This document shows, in pieces, positions 45,313-55,135 of a DNA stretch of 64,000 nucleotides. Source of the stretch: a bacterium (GTDB lineage Bacteria > Zixibacteria > MSB-5A5 > WJJR01); contig DATMBC010000080.1 in NCBI GenBank assembly GCA_035559435.1, positions 603-64,602 on the forward strand, written 5' to 3'. Each line of letters opens with the position of its first letter. The first letter of the stretch is position 1. The notes beneath the pieces were generated by a model. It made no database searches, was not told where the DNA came from, and saw only the letters and a list, made by a program, of their open reading frames with translations. The position numbers were made by a program, and so were the translations under genes.

Positions 45313-47790
45313 ATGTGGTCACCCAGATCCGCGCGCCGTCTGGCGATTCCGGCGTTGCTCTGTTTCCTGGTCATCGCGCCGCCGGTCCATAGTCAGCAGG
45401 CGCAGCCGTACATGATGCCCCCGCAGGCGTTGGCGGATCTGGTCGATGCGCCGCCCACACCCACGGTGCAGATCAGCCCGGATCAGCAGTGGATGCTGCT
45501 TTTGCAGCAACCCGGTCTGCCGCCGATTGAAGAAGTGGCGGCGCCGGAACTGCGGTTGGCGGGACTACGGATCAACCCACGGACCTATGGTCCCAGCCGC
45601 GCCGGGTACTCCAATTCGCTCGCCTTCAAGAACATTGCCGATGGCAGCGAACGCCCAGTGACCGGTCTGCCCGCGGGTGCCCGGATCAATTCGGTCACCT
45701 GGTCACCGGACGGCTCGCGCATTGCCTTTGCCGTCACCTTCGAGGACCGGATCGAACTGTGGACCGCGGCGCTGACCGATGCGGCGGCGATGCGAATTAC
45801 GCCGCGTCCGCTTAATGCCACCTATGGCGGGAGCTACAACTGGGTGTCGGACGGACGGGCCTTGATCGCATTGACCGTGCCGACGGACCGTGGGGAGGCG
45901 CCGCCGGAAATGACCATTCCCACCGGGCCGGTCATTCAGGAGAACCTGGGCAAGAGCGCGCCGGCGCGCACCTATCAGGACCTCCTCAAGAATCCCAACG
46001 ACGAGGCGCGTTTTACGCATTACGCGACCTCGCAGATCATCCGGGTGACGCTCGATGGCCAGGTCGTCAACCTCGGCCGGCCGGGAATCATCGCGCAGGC
46101 CAGCCCGTCGCCGGATGGGAAGTACATCCTGGTCGAGACCGTCCACCCGCCCTTCTCCTACACGGTGCCGGTCCAACGCTTCCCGAGCCGGGTCGAAGTC
46201 TGGGACATGAAGGGGAATCTGGTGCGGATGCTCTGCGAGATTCCGCTGGCCGACCAGGTGCCGGTGGCGTTTGCGTCGGTTCGCACCGGTCCGCGCGGGC
46301 ATGAGTGGCGTGCCGATGCTCCGGCCACCCTCTGTTGGGCGGAGGCGCTCGACGGCGGCGATGCCCGTGTCGAGACCGACAAGCGCGACCAAGTCTACCT
46401 GTTGCCCGCGCCGTTCTCGGGCAAGCCGGTGCCCTTGATCACGCTCGGACTGCGCTACGGCGGCATCCAGTGGGGCAACGACAATCTGGCGCTGGTGGAG
46501 GAGTGGTGGTGGAAGACGCGCCGCCAGCATGTCTGGGCGGTCAAGCCCGGGTCGCCGAAGTCGAAACCGCGACTGGTGTTTGATTACTCCTCGGAGGATC
46601 GGTACAACGATCCCGGCACACCGATGATGCGGGTCAATGAGCGGGGCGGCTATGTTCTGCTGACCGGCGACAACGGCAAATCGATCTATCTGTCCGGCGC
46701 CGGCGCCTCCCCCGAAGGGGACCGTCCGTTTGTCGACCGCTTCGATCTGACCACGGCGACCGCGACGCGTCTGTTCCGCTCCGAGGCCCCCTATTATGAG
46801 CGCGCGGTGCGGTTGCTGGACCCGTCGCGCGGGTTGCTCTTGACGTCACGCGAGAGCACCAGCGAACCGCCGAACTACTACATTCGCAATCTGAACGACG
46901 GCGCGCTGCAGCCGGTGACCGCGTTTCCCCATCCGACCCCGCAATTGAAGGATGTGCAGAAGGAGTTGATTCGCTACAAGCGCGATGATGGGGTCGATCT
47001 GACCGCGACTCTCTATCTGCCGGCCGGCTACACCCCCGCGGATGGGCCCTTGCCGATGCTGATGTGGGCCTACCCGCAGGAATTCAAAAGCGCCGACGCC
47101 GCCGGACAGGTGACCGATTCCCCTTACCGCTTTGTCCGTGTCAGTTCCCACTCACCGCTTCTGTGGCTGGCGCATGGGTATGCGGTGCTCGACGATCCGA
47201 CCATGCCGATCGTGGGCGAGGGGGAGGCCGAGCCGAACGACACCTACATCAAACAATTGGTGGCCAGCGCGCAGGCGGCGGTCGACGAGGTGGTGCGTCG
47301 CGGCGTGGCCGACCGCGACCGGATCGCGATCGGCGGGCACTCGTACGGAGCGTTCATGACCGCCAACCTGCTGGCGCATTCAGACCTGTTCCGTCTGGGG
47401 ATTGCCCGCAGCGGCGCCTACAACCGCACCCTGACGCCGTTTGGGTTCCAGTCGGAAGAGCGCACCCTCTGGCAGGCGCGGGAGACTTATGTCGACATGT
47501 CGCCCTTCATGTACGCCGACAAGATTAACGAGCCGATCCTGCTGATTCACGGAGCCGCCGACAACAACTCCGGCACCTTCCCGATGCAGAGCGAGCGGTT
47601 CTACGACGCGCTCAAGGGGCATGGCGCCACGGCGCGGCTGATCCTTCTGCCCGCCGAATCGCACGGCTACCGTGCCCGCGAGTCGGTCATGCACATGATC
47701 TATGAGATGACCGATTGGCTGGACCGCTATGTCAAGAACGCCGGTCCGCGGACCGCGGCCGCAACCATCGAGGAGTCCGAGAGCCGGTAA
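45313..47790 (+). CDS. S9-family serine peptidase with N-terminal beta-propeller
   Basis: Signal peptide, GGHSYGAFM nucleophile, GAADNN and ESHGY. AAGGAGAG lies before ATG 45313. Confidence 0.85.
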   Translation: MWSPRSARRLAIPALLCFLVIAPPVHSQQAQPYMMPPQALADLVDAPPTPTVQISPDQQWMLLLQQPGLPPIEEVAAPELRLAGLRINPRTYGPSRAGYSNSLAFKNIADGSERPVTGLPAGARINSVTWSPDGSRIAFAVTFEDRIELWTAALTDAAAMRITPRPLNATYGGSYNWVSDGRALIALTVPTDRGEAPPEMTIPTGPVIQENLGKSAPARTYQDLLKNPNDEARFTHYATSQIIRVTLDGQVVNLGRPGIIAQASPSPDGKYILVETVHPPFSYTVPVQRFPSRVEVWDMKGNLVRMLCEIPLADQVPVAFASVRTGPRGHEWRADAPATLCWAEALDGGDARVETDKRDQVYLLPAPFSGKPVPLITLGLRYGGIQWGNDNLALVEEWWWKTRRQHVWAVKPGSPKSKPRLVFDYSSEDRYNDPGTPMMRVNERGGYVLLTGDNGKSIYLSGAGASPEGDRPFVDRFDLTTATATRLFRSEAPYYERAVRLLDPSRGLLLTSRESTSEPPNYYIRNLNDGALQPVTAFPHPTPQLKDVQKELIRYKRDDGVDLTATLYLPAGYTPADGPLPMLMWAYPQEFKSADAAGQVTDSPYRFVRVSSHSPLLWLAHGYAVLDDPTMPIVGEGEAEPNDTYIKQLVASAQAAVDEVVRRGVADRDRIAIGGHSYGAFMTANLLAHSDLFRLGIARSGAYNRTLTPFGFQSEERTLWQARETYVDMSPFMYADKINEPILLIHGAADNNSGTFPMQSERFYDALKGHGATARLILLPAESHGYRARESVMHMIYEMTDWLDRYVKNAGPRTAAATIEESESR

Positions 47791-47946
47791 CGCGCGCCAT
47801 CCGATGTCGAGCGTGAATGCTCCCGACAGCGCCTCCACTGCGCTGCGCGGGAGCATTCTCGTTCCATGTCAAAATGCGCGCGACCCCGACGCCGCCCATG
47901 CACTTGAGGCGCGCAATTGATTAGTCTGTGGCCGGGGAGGACGGCG

Positions 47947-48417
47947 ATGGCAACTCGACTGGCCCTGATCGGCCTGGCTGGCGCGCTGGTCCTCGTGCCG
48001 GCGACGGTGACCGCGCCAAGCCGCTGGACCGTCGCTGTGGAGACCGGGGTTGCCACAGGCGGCTGTAAGGATGTGCGGCTGCGGCTGGACGGGGACGGGG
48101 CGGTGCCCCGCACGGCGCGTCTCGCCGATGCGACCTTCGATGCCGGCACCGCGGTCGAGTCCTATTATCGTTTCGATTCGTACCGTCTGACTTACGCCCA
48201 CGACCTCAATTTCCGTCCCGGGTTGCGAGTGGCCGGCGGCGTCACCGCGAAGATCCGTGACGCGACGATCCGTTTGATGGGCGCCACGCAGGATGCGGTC
48301 AGGACCAACGGCGGATTTGTGCCGCGTTTGTATGCTGTCGGGGCGCGGAGCATCTCCTCGCGTCTGCGGCGTCTGCTGGAGGCGGACGCGCCGGCGGGGT
48401 TGCAATGGGACTTGTGA
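47947..48417 (+). CDS. Hypothetical secreted protein
   Basis: Signal-like MATRLALIGLAGALVLVPATV with GGGGAGGA upstream. No recognisable domain. Confidence 0.35.
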   Translation: MATRLALIGLAGALVLVPATVTAPSRWTVAVETGVATGGCKDVRLRLDGDGAVPRTARLADATFDAGTAVESYYRFDSYRLTYAHDLNFRPGLRVAGGVTAKIRDATIRLMGATQDAVRTNGGFVPRLYAVGARSISSRLRRLLEADAPAGLQWDL

Positions 48418-48463
48418 TCGCATAATCTGGGTGTCGTCGAACGCCATGACCCGGAGGGTGGTA

Positions 48464-50770
48464 ATGTCCATCAGATCAAGTGTGACTCTTGGCGCCGTTG
48501 TGTTGCTTTCGATGCTGCCGCCCTCGGTCGGGCGGTGCGCGATGCCGCCGGTCCCGACCGAGGGCGGCGGAGTGCCACCCCAACTGGCCGGGGCCGGGCA
48601 GACCCCATTGACCATTGAACGTATCTATGGTGACACGTCGCTGTCCGGCATTTCGCCGCGCGGGGTGAAGATTTCGCCCGACGGGCGGCGGGTCGGGTTT
48701 CTGCGCGGCCGTTCCGATGATCAATACCAACTCGATCTGTGGGTCTATGACGCCCGCGATCACCGGTCGCGTCGGTTGGTCGACTCGAAATCGCTTCTGC
48801 CGTCCGAGCGGCTCTCCGACATCGAAAAGGCGCGTCGCGAACGCGCCCGCACCGCGTCGTTCCGCGGCATCCTCAGTTACCACTGGTCGCCGGATGGGAA
48901 GCGGCTGTTGTTCCCGCTGGGGGACACCATCTATCTCTATGACATCGGCGCGCGCGCGCCGCTCCGTGCCCTGACCGCCCGCGGCGACATTCTCGATCCG
49001 CAGATTTCGCCGAAGGGGAACTATGCCTCGTTCGTGCGCGAGCAGGACCTCGTTGTCATCGATCTGCAGACCGGCCGCGAGCGTCAATTGACCTTCGATG
49101 GCGACGGCACGGTTCACAACGCCGAGGCCGAGTTCATCGCGCAGGAGGAGATGGGCCAGTCGCACGGCTACTGGTGGTCGCCGGATGACGCGTGGATTGC
49201 CTTCAAGCAATTCGACGAAGCGCCGGTGCCGATCATCCGCCGCTTCGAGGTCTATCCGGAAAGCACGACCGTGGTCGAGCAGCGCTACCCGACGGCGGGG
49301 GAGGCGAATGTCACGGTGCGTCTGGGCCTCGTGCGTCCCACCGGCGGCGATGTCGCCTGGGTCGACCTGGGCCCGGATCCCGACATTTATCTGGCGCGCG
49401 TCGACTGGCTGCCCGACAGCCGCACGGTCAGTTTCCAGCGGCAGAGCCGCGATCAAAAACGGCTCGATCTGGTCTTTGTCGACGCCGCGACGTTGGCGCA
49501 GCGGGTTGTACTCACCGAAACCTCCGAGACCTGGGTCAATCTCAACGATGACCTGCGTTTCCTGAAGCGACGGCCCGCGTTTGTCTGGTCGTCGGAACGC
49601 AGCGGATTCAACCATCTGTACCTCTACAACCTCGACGGCGCCTTGATTCGCCCGTTGACGGAAGGCGACTGGGATGTCGATGGTCTGCTGGCGGTGGATG
49701 AGGAGTCCGGCCTGGTGTACTTTTCTTCCAACCGCGACGCGGTGACCGACAAGCAGATCTACACGGCGCCATACGCCACGGACGAACTGGCCGCGCCGAC
49801 GCGCATCAGCGCGTCCGATGGATGGCATGATGCCTCTTTCGCGCGCGATGCCGACCGTGTCCTGCTATTCGTCGACCGTTTCAATGATCCGGCCACGCCG
49901 CCGCAGACCAGCGTGCGCGGTCCCGACGGCCGTTTTCTGGCATGGATCGAAGAGAATCGTCTGGGGCCGGGCCATCCCTACTGGCCGTACGCCGCAGGGC
50001 ATGTGATCCCCGACTTCGGCACCATCCCCGCCGAGGACGGCCAGCCCCTGGTGTATGGTCTGTGCAAACCGGCCAACTTCGACCCGGCAAAGCGGTACCC
50101 GGTGCATGTTTCGGTCTATGGCGGTCCGGGAAGTCAGGGTGTGACGCGCACCTGGGGCGACCCGTTCACGCAGTACCTGCTGCAGCAGGGCTACATTGTC
50201 TTTGAGTTGGACAATCGCGGCACGGGGCGTCGCGGTCGCCGCTTTGCCGACGCTCTCTATCACCGGCTGGGCGACATTGAAGTGCGCGATCAGGTGGCCG
50301 GCATCCGCTGGCTTAAGGGGCAGCCGTATGTCGATCCGGAGCGCATCGGCGTTTCCGGCTGGAGTTACGGCGGCTACATGGCGGTCATGTTGCTGGCCAA
50401 AGCGAGCGACGAAATCGCGGCGGGGATCGCCGGCGCGCCGGTGACCGACTGGCGCATTTATGACACACATTACACCGAGCATTATCTCGGCCGCCCGCAG
50501 GACAACCCCGACGGATACGATTCGAGCTCCGTCTTCAACGTGCTGGCGGGTCTGCGCTCGCCGCTGCTTTTGATCCACGGCATGGCCGATGACAATGTGT
50601 TGTTTACCAACTCCACACAATTGATGGCCGCCCTGATCTCCCAGGGGCCGCAGTTCCACCTCATGACCTATCCGGGCGGGAAGCATGGGCTGTCGACGCC
50701 GGCCATGCAGCGTCATTCCCACCATCTGATGGTGGACTTTCTCGAGGACGAGATGGTGCGTCGGCGTTAA
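48464..50770 (+). CDS. Dipeptidyl-peptidase IV-type S9 peptidase
   Basis: DPP-IV N-terminal propeller pattern (FIAQEEMGQSHGYWWSPD), GWSYGGYM, GMADDNV and GKHG. Confidence 0.85.
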   Translation: MSIRSSVTLGAVVLLSMLPPSVGRCAMPPVPTEGGGVPPQLAGAGQTPLTIERIYGDTSLSGISPRGVKISPDGRRVGFLRGRSDDQYQLDLWVYDARDHRSRRLVDSKSLLPSERLSDIEKARRERARTASFRGILSYHWSPDGKRLLFPLGDTIYLYDIGARAPLRALTARGDILDPQISPKGNYASFVREQDLVVIDLQTGRERQLTFDGDGTVHNAEAEFIAQEEMGQSHGYWWSPDDAWIAFKQFDEAPVPIIRRFEVYPESTTVVEQRYPTAGEANVTVRLGLVRPTGGDVAWVDLGPDPDIYLARVDWLPDSRTVSFQRQSRDQKRLDLVFVDAATLAQRVVLTETSETWVNLNDDLRFLKRRPAFVWSSERSGFNHLYLYNLDGALIRPLTEGDWDVDGLLAVDEESGLVYFSSNRDAVTDKQIYTAPYATDELAAPTRISASDGWHDASFARDADRVLLFVDRFNDPATPPQTSVRGPDGRFLAWIEENRLGPGHPYWPYAAGHVIPDFGTIPAEDGQPLVYGLCKPANFDPAKRYPVHVSVYGGPGSQGVTRTWGDPFTQYLLQQGYIVFELDNRGTGRRGRRFADALYHRLGDIEVRDQVAGIRWLKGQPYVDPERIGVSGWSYGGYMAVMLLAKASDEIAAGIAGAPVTDWRIYDTHYTEHYLGRPQDNPDGYDSSSVFNVLAGLRSPLLLIHGMADDNVLFTNSTQLMAALISQGPQFHLMTYPGGKHGLSTPAMQRHSHHLMVDFLEDEMVRRR

Positions 50771-50789
50771 CGGCGATGGTTGACGCCGA

Positions 50790-52262
50790 TCACGGCTGTG
50801 CCGTCAGATATACCATCGCACCAATCGCGTCTCGATACACCCTGGCGGAGAACTCCCGCAGCCGCCGCCGCGCGCCTTCCGGGTCGTGCGGCCATTGACG
50901 CAGCGCCTCCTGCACGGCCGTGGCATGTCGAACGCCGGCGTCGGCTTCGATTGCGCCAAACGCGTCACGCACTGATGCTGACACCGCGCCGTAGCGCTGC
51001 GACATGTGGTGCCGCCAGGATGTGAAGGTCCAATATGCGCTGGCGCTGTCTATGCTGAACTTCGAGCCGGTGCGGGCAGTGTATTCTTCGATTGTCGGGG
51101 CCAATCCGGCGTCGGTGTAATGGGCAGGGAATACCTCCGGATCGAAATGGAAGGGGATGTAGCACGACAGGCAGGGCGACGAGAAGCAGGCCCAATAGGT
51201 CAATCCGATTTCCTTCGGCATGTCGCCGCGCAATTCGGCGACGAAGCTGGTCTGGGTGTCATCGCCGCAGATCGGCCCGGTTGGGTTGGAGTGCGGGCAT
51301 CCGGTCAGAGAATCTGCCGCATAGAGCGGTGTGCCCTCAAAATGACTCCGCAGAATCGCCATCAACATCGGCGCATCGACCTTGCGCGCCGGCGTTACAG
51401 CGAAGGGAATCGCATCGCCATAAGCAGGAGGTTGAGCGGCGATGCGGCGGACGCCGTCCCAGCGCCGTCCGATGTTGGACGGGTGGCCGGCCGCCTCCGG
51501 AAGCGCGTACGCACGCGCGAAGTCAAAGGGGCCATCACTCGCCGCGTTGTACCAGCCGCGTTCGGTCGCGTAACTGACAACGTCGGCGGATCCCAGGAAG
51601 TTCAGCGAGTCCGTCAGGTCGATCGTTTGAATGGTGTAGGTGTTGGCGATTAGCGCCACCTGATCGTCAGGGACTCGTTGCGCCACCCAGTGACGGCCTT
51701 GCACCGCTGCCAGAAGCCAGCCCTCCTGCGGGTCGCAGATCACATAGGTCCGTCCCGAACCGGAATAGCCGAATCGCTCAATCAACTGGCCGGCCAGACG
51801 CACCCCTTCGCGCGCACTCCGGGCGCGTTCGGCAACCAGACGGCGCAGCCACCAGTTGATGCCGTCGCCATCCAGGGAGGGCTGATCTTCGCGTGAACGG
51901 CAGGCGTCGGAACAGACGCAGACGCCCCACTCATTTACATAACTGTCGGAGTACAGCAAGCCAGGAATTTCCGACCAGAGATAGGCCCAGGTCTCGGGCA
52001 CCTGTTCGAGGGGCAGGGCGCTGTCGAGTTTCACCATCGCGCCGGGGGGGTGTGTCTGACGGGGCACATAGTGGTGATTGACCACCTGCGGGTTGCCATC
52101 GTCCTCATTGTGAGCCATGGTGACAAAGCCAGTGGTAGAGACATCCTTGCCGACGACGATGGAGAAGCAGCCGCCTTCTGACGGCGGGGCCGACTGGGCG
52201 GATAGGCCGCTCAGGCAGAACGTCGCGAGCAAGACAGACAGACGGAATAGTTGCCGGCGCAT
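50790..52262 (-). CDS. C69-family dipeptidase
   Basis: Signal peptide, then GGCFSIVVGKDVSTTGFVTMAHNEDDG with the N-terminal nucleophile Cys context. Confidence 0.7.
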   Translation of the reverse strand: MRRQLFRLSVLLATFCLSGLSAQSAPPSEGGCFSIVVGKDVSTTGFVTMAHNEDDGNPQVVNHHYVPRQTHPPGAMVKLDSALPLEQVPETWAYLWSEIPGLLYSDSYVNEWGVCVCSDACRSREDQPSLDGDGINWWLRRLVAERARSAREGVRLAGQLIERFGYSGSGRTYVICDPQEGWLLAAVQGRHWVAQRVPDDQVALIANTYTIQTIDLTDSLNFLGSADVVSYATERGWYNAASDGPFDFARAYALPEAAGHPSNIGRRWDGVRRIAAQPPAYGDAIPFAVTPARKVDAPMLMAILRSHFEGTPLYAADSLTGCPHSNPTGPICGDDTQTSFVAELRGDMPKEIGLTYWACFSSPCLSCYIPFHFDPEVFPAHYTDAGLAPTIEEYTARTGSKFSIDSASAYWTFTSWRHHMSQRYGAVSASVRDAFGAIEADAGVRHATAVQEALRQWPHDPEGARRRLREFSARVYRDAIGAMVYLTAQP

Positions 52263-52343
52263 GGAACCCTCGCTTGAGTTAGTTACCTGCCGGATCGCTC
52301 TCCGGCTCCGGGCCAGCCGACCTCTCAGATCGGCAGGTCGCAT

Positions 52344-53150
52344 TTACATGAACCACCGCTTCTGCGCGTGAACGATGTCGCCGAAGCGGCGCATAAACGC
52401 CATCTCATCGTCGGCGAGGGGACCGCCATCCAGCGCGGTGAGGTTCTCCTTCAGCTGAGCCAGATTGCTGGGGGCGGTCAGGACAACATCGACTTGGGGG
52501 CTGCTCAACACAAACCGGTAGCACAAAGGCGCGGTGGGCACCGGCTCGGAGGCCGGGTATCCTTTTGGGCGCCGCAGCAGGTGGCCCCAGCGGGTGGCGG
52601 TGTAGCTGATCACGGTCGGTTTGTGGGCCAGATGCGGGAATATGTCGGATTCCGCGCCCCGGTGGGCGGCGTTATAACGCATCATGAGCGTGTCCATCGC
52701 CCCGGCCGCCATGGTCTTTCCGGCGAATGACCGATCGTGGCATGACATACCGATCCCGCGGACCTTGCCTTCCTCGCGCAGGCGCATCAATTCCTCCTGC
52801 ACCGATTCGGGGAAGTGTTTCGGCTTGGTCACGCCCAGAAGCAGGAAGAAGTCCAGGTAGTCGGCGCCGAGTTGGCGGAGGCGTTTTTCCAGCGTCCTGC
52901 GAATATTCGTATGGGTGATCAGCAGGTTGTAGGCGCCGGTGATTACGATGAAGTGGTCGCGCCCATGGCGGAACAGCTCCCGCAGCGACGTGACCATCTG
53001 TCGGTCGAAGCCGTAGCAGAAAAAGACGGTGACTCCCTGATCGACGGCGTAATGGACCGTCTGCCTGCCCGGCCAATAGCTGGCCGACAGGCCCATCCGG
53101 CGGACGGTCAATCCGGCGCCGCCCAAAACGGCGGTCTGAAAGTCGGACAT
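52344..53150 (-). CDS. Aldo/keto reductase family protein
   Basis: [11 protein letters not shown] and [11 protein letters not shown], with AKR-like length. The start is uncertain (53150 or 53231). Confidence 0.65.
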   Translation of the reverse strand: MSDFQTAVLGGAGLTVRRMGLSASYWPGRQTVHYAVDQGVTVFFCYGFDRQMVTSLRELFRHGRDHFIVITGAYNLLITHTNIRRTLEKRLRQLGADYLDFFLLLGVTKPKHFPESVQEELMRLREEGKVRGIGMSCHDRSFAGKTMAAGAMDTLMMRYNAAHRGAESDIFPHLAHKPTVISYTATRWGHLLRRPKGYPASEPVPTAPLCYRFVLSSPQVDVVLTAPSNLAQLKENLTALDGGPLADDEMAFMRRFGDIVHAQKRWFM

Positions 53151-53239
53151 CCTGCGGGAATGAATGGGTCCGGCGGCCATTTCGGCAACCGGCAAGGCGT
53201 CAAAATCCCCTTCCACGGGCCCGGATTTCATCTTGTTCC

Positions 53240-53268
53240 TCGACTTTTGGCGGCGGCCCCCCTATACT
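53240..53268 (+). promoter_or_regulatory. Candidate cspA promoter
   Basis: TCGACT, 17 nt spacer, TATACT. It would give a 5' UTR of about 145 nt, similar in length to the E. coli cspA leader. Confidence 0.35.
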
Positions 53269-53419
53269 GGCGGCGAGAACCGAAACCGCCGACTTTTCTC
53301 GGACTGACCGCACAGGCAAGGACCGACGGCATTCACGGAAGAGCGTAACCGGTTTCGCGGCCGTCGGGGCCAACGGATGGGAGCACCGTGTCGCTCCCAG
53401 CAAGCAAAGGACGTGCAAG

Positions 53420-53623
53420 ATGGCAACAGGCACCGTGAAGTGGTTCAACGACGCCAAGGGCTACGGTTTCATCACGCCTGATGACGGCGGCAAAGATGTG
53501 TTCGTGCATCACCAGGCGATTCAGGCCGAGGGCTTCCGCAGTCTGAAGGAAGGCGACAAGGTGACCTACGAAGTGGTCCAGGGTCCCAAGGGTCCCCAGG
53601 CCGAGAACGTCAAGAAAGCCTGA
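53420..53623 (+). CDS. cspA: Cold-shock protein (CspA family)
   Basis: [15 protein letters not shown] (RNP1) and VFVHH (RNP2), 67 aa. Confidence 0.95.
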   Translation: MATGTVKWFNDAKGYGFITPDDGGKDVFVHHQAIQAEGFRSLKEGDKVTYEVVQGPKGPQAENVKKA

Positions 53624-53642
53624 CCATTGACGCCAGATGCTG

Positions 53643-53678
53643 CCCCGGGCGGAGCGATCCGCCCGGGGTTTCTTTTTT
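53643..53678 (+). terminator. Intrinsic terminator of cspA
   Basis: CCCCGGGCGG agcgat CCGCCCGGGG followed by TTTCTTTTTT. Confidence 0.8.
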
Positions 53679-53746
53679 GGCATGACACCGCGGTCGTCGG
53701 GAATTCATCCGTCGCCGCTGCGCCGCCGACCGGTCTGCCGATCTGC

Positions 53747-55135
53747 TTACTTCCAGTGCGCGGCGATGAACGCGTCGGTATCGGGCAGGCCGCCCTGCAG
53801 GATCAGGTAGCCGTTGTGCGGCTCGCGCTGTGTGATCTCGTGGTTGATGGATGTGCGCATCATCCGCATCACCTCATCGTGATCATCCGTGTGGGCGAGC
53901 ACCCACGAGAGCTTCATGAGCGCCGTTTCGGGCAGCATGTTGTCGAGCGGGACCACGCCGAGGTCCATCAGGTCGCGTCCGGTGTCATAGACATACATTT
54001 GGGCGTAGCCCCAGAGGGTTTGCACGGTCATGACGATGTGCACACCGGCGGCGACGGCGCGTTTGAGCGCCGGGTAGAGCGGCTTGTTGACATGGCCGAG
54101 GCCGGTGCCGGCGATCACTATTCCACGATAACCTTTCTCGACCAGCGCGTCGACGAGGTCGGCGCGCATGCCGGGGTAGTAGTAGAGAATCGTGGCGCGG
54201 TCGTCGTAGACGGCGTCGATGACCACCTTGCGCGATCGGTCGCGGCGACGGAAATCGTCGGTCAGATACGAGAACTCGTCACGGCTGACCGTGGCCAACG
54301 GCGTGTCGCCCACGGTGCGGAAGGTGCTGCGGTAGGAGCTGTGCATCTTGCGGCAGCGGGTGCCGCGGTGCAAGAGGCCGTAGCGGTCGGACGTCGGCCC
54401 GAACATACAGATGACCACCTCGGCAATGTCGCCGTAGGCCGCCGAGCGCACCGAGTGAATCAGATTGAGCGCGGCATCGCTGGAGGGACGGTCGCTGGAG
54501 CGCTGGGAGCCGACCAGCACAATCGGCACCGGCGAATTCTGCACCATGAACGAGAGGATCGCGGCGGTGTGGCCCATGGTGTCGGTGCCATGCCCGATCA
54601 CGATGCCATCGGCGCCTGCCTCGATTTCGGCGCCGATCGCCTGGGCCAGTTCGATGTACTGGTCCTTCGCCATGTTCTCGGAGAAGACGCCGAAGATCTT
54701 TTTGGTCGTCAGGTTGCAGATGTCGGCCAGCTCCGGGACCGCGCCGTAGAGCTCGCCGGGAGTGAAAGCCGGGATGACCGCGCCGGTGCGATAGTCCAGA
54801 CGCGAGGCGATGGTGCCGCCGGTACCCAACAACGTCACCGCGGGCAGATCGGGCCGCCGGGGGAATTCTTTCTCCGGAATCTTGTAGACCGCGACTTTGT
54901 AGCCGACTTCGGTCACCGTGGCAATGCGATCGATGTGCACGCCGACGTTGTAGCCATTCTTCAGCTTGATCACGATGTGCGCGTCATCAAGCGTCTCGCT
55001 GCGCGGCAGGATGACGCCTTCGAAGACGCTGCCGGTGTCGTTGACCAGACGCACATCGCTCCAGACCCGTACGCCGAGTTCGGAGAGCCGGGCGCGCGCG
55101 CGGCCCTTGTATCCTTTCAGATCGTCCTCAGCCAT
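53747..55135 (-). CDS. gatD: Glu-tRNA(Gln) amidotransferase subunit D (archaeal-type, asparaginase-like)
   Basis: N-terminal GatD barrel region, then LGTGGTIAS, HGTDTM and GSQRSSDRPSSDA. Confidence 0.8.
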   Translation of the reverse strand: MAEDDLKGYKGRARARLSELGVRVWSDVRLVNDTGSVFEGVILPRSETLDDAHIVIKLKNGYNVGVHIDRIATVTEVGYKVAVYKIPEKEFPRRPDLPAVTLLGTGGTIASRLDYRTGAVIPAFTPGELYGAVPELADICNLTTKKIFGVFSENMAKDQYIELAQAIGAEIEAGADGIVIGHGTDTMGHTAAILSFMVQNSPVPIVLVGSQRSSDRPSSDAALNLIHSVRSAAYGDIAEVVICMFGPTSDRYGLLHRGTRCRKMHSSYRSTFRTVGDTPLATVSRDEFSYLTDDFRRRDRSRKVVIDAVYDDRATILYYYPGMRADLVDALVEKGYRGIVIAGTGLGHVNKPLYPALKRAVAAGVHIVMTVQTLWGYAQMYVYDTGRDLMDLGVVPLDNMLPETALMKLSWVLAHTDDHDEVMRMMRTSINHEITQREPHNGYLILQGGLPDTDAFIAAHWK

